A DNA stretch of 64,000 nucleotides from Octopus vulgaris. Taxonomy: Eukaryota. The notes beneath the pieces were generated by a model. That model did not search any database and was not told the DNA's origin. It was given only the letters and a program-made list of their open reading frames with translations. Position 1 is the first letter of the stretch. Every line of letters begins with the position of its first letter. Positions 26,013 through 39,211 of the stretch are shown one piece after another. The stretch spans positions 71,362,001 through 71,426,000 of the forward strand of contig OX597814.1 in the NCBI GenBank assembly GCA_951406725.2, read 5' to 3'. A program made the position numbers and the translations under genes.

Positions 26013-26989
26013 TATATTTATTGTATAAGACACTTGCCAAAGTACCATGTAAGACTGAATCAAAAAGCACATGGTTGTGAAACAAGACAGCCATACCTGC
26101 TCCTAATAATAATAATAATAATAATATATTATATCAGCCACAAATTTGTTTGAGAGAGGCATAGTTGAATTTAGAACTGGCACTTAATTTACTGGCCATA
26201 GAAATGCAGAAAGTAAAGTTAATTTTGACATGATTCAAATTTGGAATGTAAAAGGCTGAAACAAAATATCATAACACATTTACTATGAAACTCACTAATA
26301 ATAGTAATGATAAAGGTTTCTGATTTTAAGCACAATTTTGAGAGGAAGGTGTTAGTCCATACCATTGATCCCAAAATTAGATTGATGCTTTCTTTTCTGG
26401 AGGGATGAAAGGCAAAGTTGGCGTCACCTCCTTTCTGTGCCTTTGCTAAGTTAACTTAGCAAAGACCAAGGTCCTAGTAAGTAAGAAAACAGGCAGGAAA
26501 ACAAGTAAATGGCCCTGATCAGTATATAGGAAAGGCACGGGAAGGAATTCCATTTAGTGTACCCAATTATTGTTGGTTTCTTGGGGACAGCGTCAGAAGG
26601 CGCCAAAAGGAATATAGAGGAAATCGGAATAGAGTACTCAGTAAAGCTGTTATAAAAGCTTTATATCTTTGTATTTGAATATATAATATAATGAAGCAGG
26701 GAGTAAAAAAGTATACACACAATACACAAGACTCAGCACTCTATATCAAAGGCTCACAGTGAACAGCTACCAACATGAACAGCTGATGTCTCGGTCCACT
26801 TTTAGTGACATGGAAGTGGTCAGAATCCTTCCACAACAAAAAAAGTTTGCCTCCTTGGCATGACCAGAACCATCAAGAAAGTTGAAAAGAAGAGATAGCA
26901 TGGTACCATAGGCAGCACGTAGCAAGCCTGCTACACATGCAAGAACCCAGGAGTTCCAACAAAATTTGAGTTAAGAAAAAGAACAACAA

Positions 26990-27540
26990 CAACAATTTTG
27001 AGAAAGGGGGCAAGTCAATTACATTGACATCAGTGCTCAACTGGTACTTTATTTTATGGATACCACAAGGATGAAAAGCAACATAGACCTTGGTGGGATT
27101 AAAATTCAGAATATAAAGATCCAGAGGAATTGCTACCAAGCATTTTGTCCAACATAATGATTCTGCCAGCTCACCACCAAATAAAAACAGCAATAATAAT
27201 AATTCTTTCTACTATAGGCACAAGGTCTGATATTTTGGGGGAGGGGGCCAGTTAATTACATCATCTCCGGTACTTGGCTGGTACTTATTTTATTGACCCC
27301 CAAAAGAATGAATGACAAAGTCAATCTCAGCAGAATTTGAACTCAGAACAAAGCTGAAAAAATGCACGAAGCATTTTGTCTGGTATGCTAACAATTCTTC
27401 CAGCTTGTTGCCTTAATATTTTCCGATTTTAGTACAAGGCCAGTAATTTTAGGAGAGGGGTAAATCAATTATACTGACCCCAGTGCTCAACTTATATTAC
27501 TAACAACCCAGAAGAGAGGCAAAATTGAGTTTGGTAGAGT
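26990..27540 (-). mobile_element. Three tandem family-2 SINE copies
   Basis: Repeated units with CAGTGCTCAACTGGTACTT...GAATTTGAACTCAGAA...GCATTTTGTC...TTCTGCCAGCTC separated by short AAT/AAC tracts; the third copy is partial. Confidence 0.8.
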
Positions 27541-27582
27541 ACAACAACAACAACAGCAGCAGCAGCAGCAAAAAAAAAAAAA

Positions 27583-28452
27583 GACCTGCAGAAGAATTTA
27601 CCAAAAATGGACTTGAGAGTGCTAATCAACTCTGATCTTGAATAGCCAATGAGAAAACTTCCTCCGCATGAAATTAAACGGTCAGTTCTACCATGAAATT
27701 AACAACTTAAAACATCATGAAGCATCATGATAACCTAATTATCACTGTCCAGGATCAGGCACTGAATACCAACTCCGTGAAAAGAGATATATACCACATA
27801 AGTGTAATGAACCACTGCAGAATGTGTGAGAAGAGGGTTGAAGGCGTGACTCACATTGTTAGTACTTGTGAAAGTCTTACACAGAAAGAGTACAAGTGCA
27901 GACATGACAAGGTGTCCCCAAACCTTCACTGGTTACTATGCCAGAAGTATGGATATGAGGTATTGGGTGCTTGGTACCAACATATGCCAGAAAAGGTAAT
28001 GGATGAAAATGGAGAGGCAAAAATCCTCTGGGACTTTGACAGACAAGATATTAGAGCACCAAATCCTTTAGGAGGCACAAACAAGAGTGCCTAATAATCA
28101 ACGTGGCAGTGCCAGGAGATCAACATATCATGAAAGAAAGAGAAAAGATTGATAAATATGGAGACCTGATAATTGAGATTGTCAAGATGTGGCAGCTACA
28201 AGAGTCAAATATAATGGTTGTCCCTACTGTCATCGAAGCATTGGGTTCAATACCACCCAACCTGAAGAAACATCTGGAAACTTTAGAAATACCCTACAAT
28301 CTAGGTGTATTGCATAAATCGGCATTACTTGGAACTTCACACATATTGCGTAAAGTACTGTCAGTCTGAGGACTTGACAGACAGTAAAAAACCCCAGTAG
28401 ACACAGTACCTTCAATTAACATCACGATATTGAATACTGTGTGACATCTTAA
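27583..28452 (+). mobile_element. RLE-type (R4/Dong-like) non-LTR retrotransposon 3' end, copy A
   Basis: QDQALNT...CRMC...THIVSTC (CCHC knuckle), RHDKV, KILWDF, AVPGD...EKIDKY...VVPTVIEALGSIP...KSALLGT; short 3' UTR ending in (AAT)n. Confidence 0.85.
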
Positions 28453-28461
28453 ATAATAATC

Positions 28462-28810
28462 ATCGAATTGAAAGAGTACTGGAGCTAGAGAAATGTAAGA
28501 TTTTGTGGGACTTTCCTATCCAAACAGACAAGAAGTTAGAAAATAATAGACCAGACACAAGAATTATAGATGTGGAAAAGCAAAGTTCGTTACTTATTGA
28601 CCCATCATGCACATTTGATTCCAGGGGCATAAAGAAAGAGAAAGAAAAACAAAAAAATACAGTTCCTTAAAATTTGAAATTTGGAGCATGTGAAGAGTAA
28701 AGGTTGTGCCTATAATAGTTGGCAAGTTGGGAACAGTAAGCAAAGATATAGACAAATGGCTGAAGGAGATTGAAATAGAATGCTTGGTAGAGCTGTGAAA
28801 AAACCTGAGC
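28462..28810 (+). mobile_element. Second RLE-type LINE family, endonuclease fragment
   Basis: Translates as ...KCKILWDFPIQTDKKLENNRPDTRIIDVEKQSSLLIDPSCTFD...EK..KY...VKVVPIIVGKLGTVSK, carrying the RPD (PD-D/ExK) motif; clearly diverged from copies A and B. Confidence 0.75.
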
Positions 28811-28834
28811 CAAACCAAAATAAATTATAACAAT

Positions 28835-29065
28835 AATAGTAACTCTTTCTACTATAGGCACAAGGCCTGAAATTTTGGGGGAGGGGCAAGTTGACTGCAT
28901 CAATCCCAGTACTTAGATGGTACTTATTTCATTGACTCATAAGGATTTCATTGACCCTGTAAGGCAAAGTCAACCGCAGTGGAATTTGAACTCAGAATGT
29001 AGAGATGGATGAAATACCACTAAGCATTTTGTCCAGCATGCTAATGATTTTGCCAGCTCTCCTTT
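28835..29065 (-). mobile_element. Family-2 SINE
   Basis: CTTTCTACTATAGGCACAAGGCCTGAAATTTTGG...GGAATTTGAACTCAGAA...TTTGCCAGCTC. Confidence 0.8.
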
Positions 29066-30929
29066 AACTATGACAAGAACAACAAACTGTTTCTAATATA
29101 AGCTTATAACCTGAAAATTTGATAAGGGAATTTGTCGGATAAAGAAAGTTGGAGCAAATGCTTTAACATTTCTGCCAATGAACTGCCTTAATAATTAATT
29201 TTAATATAAGCCCTGGTTGGAAATGAGATTAAATTGGCCCTAGCACTTGACTGGTGCTTCATTTTATCAACCATGAAGAAATGATAAGCAAAGTTGTTCT
29301 TGGATTTAAACTCAGAAGATAAAGCTGGAAGAAATATCACAAAGCATTTGCAATTTTGCCAAGCCACTATCCTAAATAACAACAACTTCTGAAATTATTG
29401 GTGATAAAAGGTAGAAAAGTGTCTGGTATGTCATTAATGGATAACGCTCAACAGAAAAACTTTAGCAACATCAAGAATGCTTGTTTTTAATATTTTATTT
29501 AGCAATTTAACATCATGTGACCTGAGAAAAATGCTACACACCCATCAGCTTTCAATTCTTGAAATCAATCACTCTGTGGTAACTAGTATATGAATTTAGT
29601 ACTGTACTAATTATTACCAACATAACAACAAGTAATAATTTGTGCAGAATATGTATATTTATAGGCAATTGTGTGTGAAGAACGAATAGGTCTGAAAGCA
29701 ATACTGTGCCAAGATTGTGTTGGTATGTTAGATAAGTAATAGAGAAAAGAGAAATCAAGAAGCAATTATAAAATAACATTAATAGAAAACTTCTTAATAA
29801 TTGCAGCAGATTTATGATACAATGTCATTGACCACTGCCTGGCTATTCTGCAGATTAAGAGCCAGAGATGTTAAAGATGAAACAGAGTGTCATCGTTTGT
29901 GTGGAAGGTTTATTGAAAATGTGACAACAGACTGTGAAAGAAAATAATGGAATATAACAGAAACTTTTGTTTATAACTGATCAACTGCCAAGAAATTAAG
30001 TTCATTTTCTGATGCTGTGTTGATGGGAAAAATAATATTCAGTAACTTACAAATTATGATAATACAGATTGAGTAAAGTAACTTACAAATTGAGTAAAGA
30101 TTTGTAGCAATAATTAACAATTTGGTTGACTTAACATAATAAAGGCTATGAAAAGAATTCCCGTCTTTATTTCATATGAGAACTTAAGTAAAAAAAAATA
30201 TTTTGTAAGGTTATTTAGTTTTTCAAAACTGAGTGAAAATCTATTTTGAAACAGGAAAATTCTGAAAGACAGAAAAATGATAAAAGTAAAATAGAGTTGT
30301 AAAAGACTCTTGTTGAAAAGAAGTTGAACTAATTTCTCACCTTTATGCATTTAGAAGGCAATAAATATAGCTAATACAAGGGTCAGCTAAAACGTTCATA
30401 GGCTAACCAAAATACTCTCCTGGAATGTGACCAAATGAGGCTTATTTTCAACATAATCCCTCCAATCAGTGTTGTAGTGCTTTCATCCAGTTGATCAAAA
30501 AAGTCATCAACAGCAGTTATAGCGTCATCATCACTGCAATACTGGTTCTAAGCCAAGTTTATGTGTGTGTGCATATGTATGCTTGTGCATGCATGTGATC
30601 AATGATATAAGTGGTAATAAATTTTAATTATTGACTATTGAATTTTGTGTAATGAAGTATCTGAAATATCAATAATTTGTTATATATATATATAGATATA
30701 AATTATCATTCTTTTAAAGTCACTTTTCCATGCTAGCCAGGGTTAGATAGAATTCTTGGGGTAGATTTTCTACACCTGGATGCCCTTCTTGTCACAAACC
30801 TTCATCTGTTCCCAGGTAAAGTAATATTTCCCCCATGACCACAGAAGATTGGAAACAAATACTCCACTTGCATGACAGTGACACTCATTTACAATTATCA
30901 TGTGAAGTCAAGGCAAGGAGATAGTAACA

Positions 30930-31115
30930 CATACACACATATATACACATATGATGGGTGTCTTTCAGTTTCCATCTATGAAATCTACTTACAAGTCTTT
31001 ATTGAGCTCGAAGCTATAGTAGAAGACATTTGCCCAAAGTACCATGCACCAAGACTGAAACCAAAATTATGTGATTGAGAAGCAAACTTCTAACCACATA
31101 GCTATGGTTGCACCT
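30930..31115 (-). mobile_element. Family-1 SINE, 5' half
   Basis: TCTTTCAGTTTCCATCTA...GCTATAGTAGAAGACATTTGCCCAAAGTACC...GACTGAAACC...AACCACATAGC. Confidence 0.7.
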
Positions 31116-34100
31116 ATATGTGTGTGTATAAGGACTGGCATAATAAAGACTAAATTAACAGTAAATTATATAGAACATTAATTATATGACATGCAGGGAG
31201 CATGATTTCTTCAGTATGTTTCCTAATGCCTTCAACAATTAGAATCTACACAAATTTATAATAATAGATATATTGCAAATGTGTAAAATAACAACAATAA
31301 AGTATATGCTTAATATGTTTATATGCATGTGTAAACACACATACACACAACATAATAAGGTACAGTTATTAATTTAAAGTTGCATCTCAAGTGAATTTCT
31401 GTGTTTTGATATGAACACTCTTCTAAAATATAGTTTGTGAAGAAAAAATGTAGATAAAGAATAAACTATAAGTTTTTAATGGCAAATATGGGGCAACATG
31501 GTATGTAATTTCTATGTGAGGCAAGTTTCTTGAAGTACCTTGAGGAGCTTATGAGTGAACATACATTTTGATAGATCTGTATTTATGTCAACAACTCCTT
31601 TCTACACTTACAGCATTTATTCATGTATAATATACATTTGTATATAATGCATACTACTAATTTAGGGCTATGAAATTTGGAAAGAAATATCTTCCGCACA
31701 ATACACACTGATTTTCTTTAGTATTTTAATGTATAGAAAAGGAAGTGCTTTGTCAGATTTATTAGAAATGAAAACATTCATGCATTTTAAATGAAATAAA
31801 AAGCAAATTCAAAAGTGATCTCTAAACATTAGTGATTAAAATTGACATTGTAACTTTGCTGACAAACACACAGAATTAGGAGTTACTGCTGCCAACCTTC
31901 AATATGGAAGAATGTAAAAAAAAACAAAAAACCTAAAACAAAATGTAAGCACATTCATTCTCAAATGCTTATTTTTAAACCACTTTTATTATGAAATACT
32001 TTCTTTCTTACATTATTTATGCAAATAGTTACAATTCATTGTAAAAATTACAGTACTTCAGGAACAGAAGTATTTATTTCCTTCAGTTGTTGTTCATATT
32101 TTGATCATAATGGTATTTATTATCCTTATTGATTATTTATTAAATTTAATCTTCTACATTAAGTAAAGTGAAAAGTATTTACATTCTAATAAAATGTACT
32201 TGCAAAACAGAAGCATTTCATTCTCTGTTCACATTCAAATAATCAGATAAGAAAAGTATTTATATTTTTGATAATGAAAGCATTACATTTTGGTCTTCTA
32301 TACAACACATTGATGATAGTAGTTTCATGGAACTCATGAGTGAGTTGTGCATCATTATTTTAACTCTTCATTATATATAAGTTAAGTTGTTCTTGATCAT
32401 GCCAGCCCACTTAACAGGGAAACAATGATGGAAAACTGCACACTCCCAATAATGAAACTTAAAGATCAGGTAAAAAATACATATACCCAATTATCTACAA
32501 TAATTAGCACAGGACAATACGTGATCACACATATTTTACAAAGTTCAGGAAACTAGGTTGATGATTTATCACAATAATATTTTTGACAAATTTTATCGGC
32601 TTTAGAAAAACATTAGTGGGTTTTTAATACAGACCTTTGAGATATATATCTAATCTAATCTCAACAGTCTACATTAAACTTATAAATATTTACACACAAT
32701 GTCTTAAATATTCCTCTAAAATACTGTTCAAAGTGAATTAAAATTTTTGTTGACTAGAACTTCACCTAATGACTTTTTCAACTAGTATCTACTTATTGCA
32801 ACAAATTTAGTATCAAACTTCATGGAACAGACATTAAACTGAAAATTTTAAACTAAAGTAACCTTTGTAAATCCATATTTCAATTTTCTTTATTGCTTCC
32901 ACTTTTCTTGAATAAGTTTTATGGCTTGCTCCCAAGAATATATCAGACTTTTCAGATAACAGACTTCAGTGATATCATATGTGAATGACTAAGAAAAATT
33001 AATTAAAACACTTTTGTCTATAGAGATCATCCAAACAGTACTTTTCGTATGTGATATTCTCTGGTCATGTAGCCAATAACATATTTATATTCGATTATAG
33101 ACTTTGATGTTGCCAGTATTTCTTAGAACCAAGCTGTTGCCAATATTAGAAACTAACTTATGACCAAATTTATTTAATCTGCTTCAAACTTGCTATTTCC
33201 ATTACTGAAAGTTAAGAAAATAATTGAAAAGGTCCCTCACTACCACCACAAGAAAAAAAAATCACAAAATTCCTAAGCAAGACATAATAAATAGTTAAGC
33301 TGCTTCATGTCATTAGAATTTTAGAATTCTAATCAGAGCATTTTATTATTCTAAAATACTTTAGATAGTATTTTAGAGTAATAAAATATAAATTATAATG
33401 ATGTACCTGAAGAAGGTAATAGAAATGAACAAATGCTCAATGTACCAGCCTAAACTTCAGCAGTCACAGCATCATTCAACAAATATTTCATTGACTCTTA
33501 TGAGTATATTTTCAAGATGAATGTGTTCTTTTAGCTTTATCTTTAGTGGTGCACTTAAATTTCTAAGTTCACCATCACCATACATAGAACACTAAAGTTT
33601 GGATGGCACTCCTTAAAATAACATCCTTGTTAACCACAAAATTAACAATATCAAATTTATCTTCAATCTTGAAAACAAGATATTAAAATCATACAATTAG
33701 ATACTTTCAAAAGAGTTAACAAATTTGTTTTATACATAGCAACCATCCTAATTTTTAGCAAAGACAAAAATTTCAATGTCACTTGAGTGAATTACATAAA
33801 AGTAACAATGATTAACCAATAACAACATTAAATACCATACATTCTCATTTATAAAAAGCAGAGTAATAGTTTAAGAGCTCAAAACAATAGGATATGATAC
33901 AGAAATTTTTAATGGTATAAAAACTCTTGATAAAAAAGACTTTAAGATAGCTATTAGCTGACAAATTGTTGAAACCTCAAAAAGGAAATGAAAGATTAAA
34001 ATGATGAGGAAGATTGTAAAATGTTCTGTAGTTAACATTTTTTATTAGAGTATATCCTCTTAGATATGATGAAAGTTCTTACTCAATTGAGAGCTTCAGC

Positions 34101-34257
34101 AACCTCTCCAACAAAACACAACTATAAAGGAGAATGAAATTATAAAAAAGATGGAAGTATCAGTAAAAAAAAATCACCAATAATCAAAAACAAAACAAAT
34201 TTTCAACTGTTCTAAACACAGCAATTGGAAGATGCTGAATACAACAACAACAACAAT

Positions 34258-34452
34258 AATAATAATCCTTTCTATTATTAGCACAAGACCTGAAATTTGT
34301 GAACTCCAGTACTTGACTGGCATTTAATTTATCAACCCTTAAAGGATGAAAAGTCAACCTCAGCGGAATTTGAACTCAGAATGTAGTAACGTATGAAATA
34401 CCACTAAGCACTTTTGCTGGCATGCTGATGATACTGCTAACTCACTACCTTA
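34258..34452 (-). mobile_element. Family-2 SINE
   Basis: AATAATCCTTTCTATTATTAGCACAAG...AAGGATGAAAAGTCAACCTCAGCGGAATTTGAACTCAGAA. Confidence 0.75.
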
Positions 34453-34804
34453 ATAATAATAATAATGATGATAATGATGATGATATATGAAGAGATGTAA
34501 AGGTGAATGTGGGCTGATTAGCATACAGGAGTGCTCTTTTTCTTGTCTTGAGACAGCATTCACCCGGGGTGGGTTGAGCTGGCTTCATTCATCCTCAATG
34601 CTGCATCTCTCACAAATGCCGACCAGACCTGGCGATTTGAGGCTAATGACCATATGATCTCCAACCACTCCCTATTCCAGCAGCGATCCTTCAAACATTC
34701 CATACAGGAGTGCATCAACAGTGAAAGAAAAAACATGGTGGAGTATTTGGTAAATAGCAAGCAAGACCTGCCACAGTATGCTGCTAATGTAGAAGGATTT
34801 ACTA

Positions 34805-34848
<44 letters not shown>

Positions 34849-34860
34849 CAATAATAATAA
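34805..34860. repeat. (AAT)n microsatellite
   Basis: AAT run immediately 5' of RLE-LINE copy B. Confidence 0.9.
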
Positions 34861-34867
34861 TTTCAAA

Positions 34868-35818
34868 CAAGACCAGCTACAGTATGCTGCTAATGCAGAA
34901 GGATTTACCAAATATGGACTTGAGAGAGCTAATCAATTCCGATCACAAATAGCCAATGAGAGAGAAGAAACTTTACTCCACATGGAATTACATGGTCAGT
35001 TCCACCATGAAACTAACCACTTAAAACATCAGGAAGCATCATGGAGGTGGTTCAGCAAAGGTGACCTAAAAAAGAAGACTGAAAACCTAATTATCACTGT
35101 CCAGGATCAGGCACTGAATACCAACTCCGTGAAAAGAGATATATACCACATAAGTGTAATGAACCACTGCAGAATGTGTGAGAAGAGGGTTGAAGGCGTG
35201 ACTCACATTGTTAGTACTTGTGAAAGTCTTACACAGAAAGAGTACAAGTGCAGACATGACAAGGTGTCCCCAAACCTTCACTGGTTACTATGCCAGAAGT
35301 ATGGATATGAGGTATTGGGTGCTTGGTACCAACATATGCCAGAAAAGGTAATGGATGAAAATGGAGAGGCAAAAATCCTCTGGGACTTTGACAGACAAGA
35401 TATTAGAGCACCAAATCCTTTAGGAGGCACAAACAAGAGTGCCTAATAATCAACGTGGCAGTGCCAGGAGATCAACATATCATGAAAGAAAGAGAAAAGA
35501 TTGATAAATATGGAGACCTGATAATTGAGATTGTCAAGATGTGGCAGCTACAAGAGTCAAATATAATGGTTGTCCCTACTGTCATCGAAGCATTGGGTTC
35601 AATACCACCCAACCTGAAGAAACATCTGGAAACTTTAGAAATACCCTACAATCTAGGTGTATTGCATAAATCGGCATTACTTGGAACTTCATGCATATTG
35701 TATAAAGTACTGTCAGTCTGAGGGCATTGTTGTGACTTGACAGACAATAAAAACCTCTGGTAGATACAATATCTTCAATCAACTACATTACAATATTGGA
35801 TACCGTGCAACGTCTTAA
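34868..35818 (+). mobile_element. RLE-type (R4/Dong-like) non-LTR retrotransposon 3' end, copy B
   Basis: LHGQF...SWRWFSKGDLKKKTENLIITVQDQAL...CRMC...HIVSTC...RHDKV...KILWDF...KSALLGT; bounded by (AAT)n on both sides. Confidence 0.85.
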
Positions 35819-35849
35819 ATAATAATAATGATAATAAAACTTAATAATT

Positions 35850-37386
35850 TTGGCACAGTAATCTACTTATGCCCGCCTTTGTAGGGGTGGGCATAGGTAG
35901 ATTACATCAACTCCAGTGTTCAACTGGTACTTATTCTATCAACTCCGAAAGGATAGCAGGTAAAGTTTACTTTTGAAATTAGAACATAAAGAACTATAGG
36001 AAATACCACTCAACATTTTGACTGATGCACTAACAATTCTGCCAGAGTGTCATCTTATACTACTTCTAATAATAATAATCCTATCTACTATAGGCACAAG
36101 GCCTGAAACTTCAGGGGAAGGGAGTAGTTGATTGCATCAACTCCAGTGCTTGACTGGTACTTACTTCATTGACCCCAAAAGTATGAAAGGCAAAGCTGAC
36201 CATGGTGGAATCTGAACTCAGGATGTAAAAATGGACGAAATGCCACTAAGTATTTTGCCCCCTTTGTGCCAATGATTTTCTAGCTTGCAGCTTTAATAAA
36301 GATAATAATAATCCTTTCTGCAAAAGGGACAAGGCCAGAGATTTTGGAGAAAGGAGCTAGTCCATTATATCGACTCCAGTGCTCAACTGGTCCATTTTTA
36401 CTGGCCCTGAAAGGTCGAAACCCAATGTCAACTTTAGCAGAATGTAAAGCCAAAAGAAATGCTGCTGAGCATTTTGTCCCGCATACTAATGATTTAATCA
36501 GCTTACTACCTAGTAATAATAATCCTTTGTACTAAAAGACACAAGGCCTCACATTTTAGGGGAAGGGACAAGTGGATTACCTCGACTACAGTGTTTCCTT
36601 GGTACTTAACCCTTCCGTTACTGTATTTATTTTGAAATGCACTGTGTTTCTTTCAATTACCTTAAATATAACGAAGAATTTAGTAAAATAACTTAGTTAT
36701 CATTAAGCTGTTGTTAGGAACATAAATTGTAACTAAGGTTCGGTGGAAGATTTTAATTCAAAACTTATGAAAGCAAGACATTTGTACTCAGAGCCAGAGT
36801 CCATTTCAGTCAGGTTGGTAGCGAAAAGGTTAATTTATCGACCTCAAAAGGATGAAAGGCAAAGTCAACCTCAGCAGAATTTGAACTCAGAATATAAAAA
36901 CAGACAAAATACCACCAAGCAGTTTGCTTGGCATGCAAACAATTCTGCCAGCTCACCACCTTAATAATGATAAAAATAATCCTTTCTACTATAAGCACAA
37001 GGGCTGCAATTTTGGGAGAAGAGGCTAGCCAATTATGTTGATCCCGTTGCTCAGCTAAGACTTATTTTATGACCCCAAAAGGATGAAAGGCCAAGTCAAC
37101 CATGGTGGAATTTGAACTCAGAACATAAAAATAGATGAAATACTGCTAAGCATGGTGTGGTAATGATTATGCTAGCTCTCTGCCTAATATTAATCCTTTC
37201 TTCTATAAGCACAAAGTTTGAAATTTGGAGGAGAGGCTAAGTCGATTTCATCAATCCCAGTGTGCAACTGAAAGAATAAAAGGCAAAGTCAACCATAACA
37301 GAATTTGAACTCAGAACATAAAGACAGACAAAATGCCACTAAGCATTTTGCTCAGCATGCTGATGATTCTACCAGCTCACCACCTT
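35850..37386 (-). mobile_element. Stack of about six co-oriented family-2 SINEs
   Basis: Units at about 35850-36057, 36068-36295, 36302-36512, 36515-36962 (MITE-interrupted), 36975-37187 and 37190-37386. Most begin on the plus strand with AATAAT(C)CTTTCTACTATA-like sequence and end with GCCAGCTC...CCTTA-like sequence. Confidence 0.85.
36610..36829 (-). mobile_element. piggyBac-derived MITE (220 bp)
   Basis: TTAA at 36606-36609 and 36830-36833; ends CCCTTCCGTTAC / GTAGCGAAAAGG resemble the TIRs of 15415-16479. It splits a SINE at GGTAC-TTAA-TTTATCGAC. Confidence 0.85.
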
Positions 37387-38398
37387 AATGATAAGTATGT
37401 GCTATGCTTGTTCACAGAAACGGCTTGACAACCAGTGTTAGTATGTTTATATCCCCTTAAATTAACAGTTCAGACCAATAGAACAAGTGTCAAGCTTATA
37501 AAAAAGAAGTACATTCAAGGCGGTGCCCTAGTATGGCTGCAGTCTAATGAGTGAAACAAGCAAAATATAAAAGATAGAAAGATAATGATTACATAATTCC
37601 TAACTGATAAAGAATTGGGAATTAAGTGGCTTTATTTTTTTTAACTGCCAAAATTATTTATGTTTGTTTTCTATTTATACTGTATATATTACAAAAAAAA
37701 TTTCAATATTAGTGTGAAATGCAAAATAAACATCTTTGGGTTTTTCTTTGACTATTCATCCACTCATCTTCTCTACCCACTATTCTTGAGAAGGTTGTGG
37801 GGGCAGAGTCCTTAGGCACCTCCTCCACAGGGTCCAATCAGAATTGACTGTCATTAGACTCTCTGACTGGAATCCCATGCATAACCAACTGAGACTATGG
37901 ATATTATACAACCATCTCATTATTAGTCTACCCTAAGGTCTCCAACCAGATATCTCAGCTTGAGAATCTGTCTTGTTATTCTGGATCCCCTGCTAAACAT
38001 AAATCACTCAAACATTTGGTAGAAGAGATAATTATTTTCAGCAAGAAACAAATTCCTAAGTCAACTTTAAACTGGTGACTTATGAACCAGTAGTCAATAC
38101 ACCTCTCAGTGATGGCATCTTCATAAAATTGAAAAGGAAAAACCAATATGAAAAATTAAAAATATAAAATAAATGGAAAGATAAATTTTCAATCATAGGT
38201 AAATCTTTAAACAAATGAAGCTATTTGTAAAAGTCAAGTGTTGGCTAAGTCCAGCGAGGTCACATTTTATCTGGCTTCCTGACTTTGATGAATACATCCA
38301 TTTTTTGTCTTTTAGTTTTTGGCTCTTTGGTAAGTGAACAATAAAATTCAGTAATGAAAAATAAAATGAAATTCTCATTTTTATCATAGCCACAGTAT

Positions 38399-38998
38399 TC
38401 ATGTATCACTGTATTCATGGCCGACTTGCACTTTACTGACCACACCACTGTACATGGCTTGGACAGCTCTAACAAGCCACTCCTCTACTCCTAACTTCCT
38501 TAGAGAGCACCATATAACAGAGCGAGAAACTTTGTTGAAAGCTTTCTCCAGGTCAATGAAGGCTAAGTACAATGGCTTACTTTTGGCCAAGTATTTTTCC
38601 TGCAGCTGTGTCACTAGGAAGATGGCATCTGTGGTACTCTTCCTAGGTACAAAACTGAACTGCATTTCATCTAGTTTAAATCTATTCCTAATCAATTGAG
38701 CTATAACCCTCTCGGTAATTTTCATGACTTGGTCTAGCAGTTTAATACCTCTGTAGTTGTTTCTATCTAAGGCATCACCTTTACCCTGGTAGCAGCTAAT
38801 TATAATGCTACTACAGCAATCGTTGGGGATGGTACCTTCCTGAATAAACTGATTAACTATATGGATGACTAAGCCATATCCTATGCCACCGGAAGTTTTA
38901 ATCATCTCAGCAGGGATTCCTGATGGCCCAGGGGATTTCCCAGTCTTCATGTCCTTAATTGCTTTATCTATTATGCTGCTATCAACTCTGATGGCTGG
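38399..38998 (-). mobile_element. RTE LINE reverse transcriptase fragment
   Basis: ORF 38399-38950: KSPGPSGIPAEMIK...KGDALDRNNYRGIKLL...QFSFVPRKSTTDAIF...YLAFIDLEKAFNKV. Confidence 0.92.
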
Positions 38999-39211
38999 GT
39001 GTGCAAAATGGACATTCAGAGCACAGCCCTTTTGCCAAACTAAGTGTTACACACCACATAGCTAGTCTGGTTCGGAAGAAATGCCATGGGGTTTAATAAT
39101 AATTATTATTCTTATCATTAAAATATTAATACTAAATTAATATACATGTATATTTTAATTGTTAAATTTATTGCATAAGCAATATGAAATTACATGTGAT
39201 CTTGGCAACTA

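Noticed and set aside
30375-30520. TACAAGGG-starting segment resembling a mariner-type MITE end
   Set aside because: No matching second TIR or transposase residues were found.
33405-33470. CTGAAGAAGG...CCTAAAC hammerhead-like spacing
   Set aside because: The core reads TAAAC rather than GAAAC, stem II is not convincing and no PLE ORF is recognisable nearby.
35850-37386. CRISPR-like repeat-spacer appearance of the recurring ~220-bp units
   Set aside because: The context is eukaryotic, the units are whole diverged SINE copies with no short conserved repeat, and there are no cas genes.
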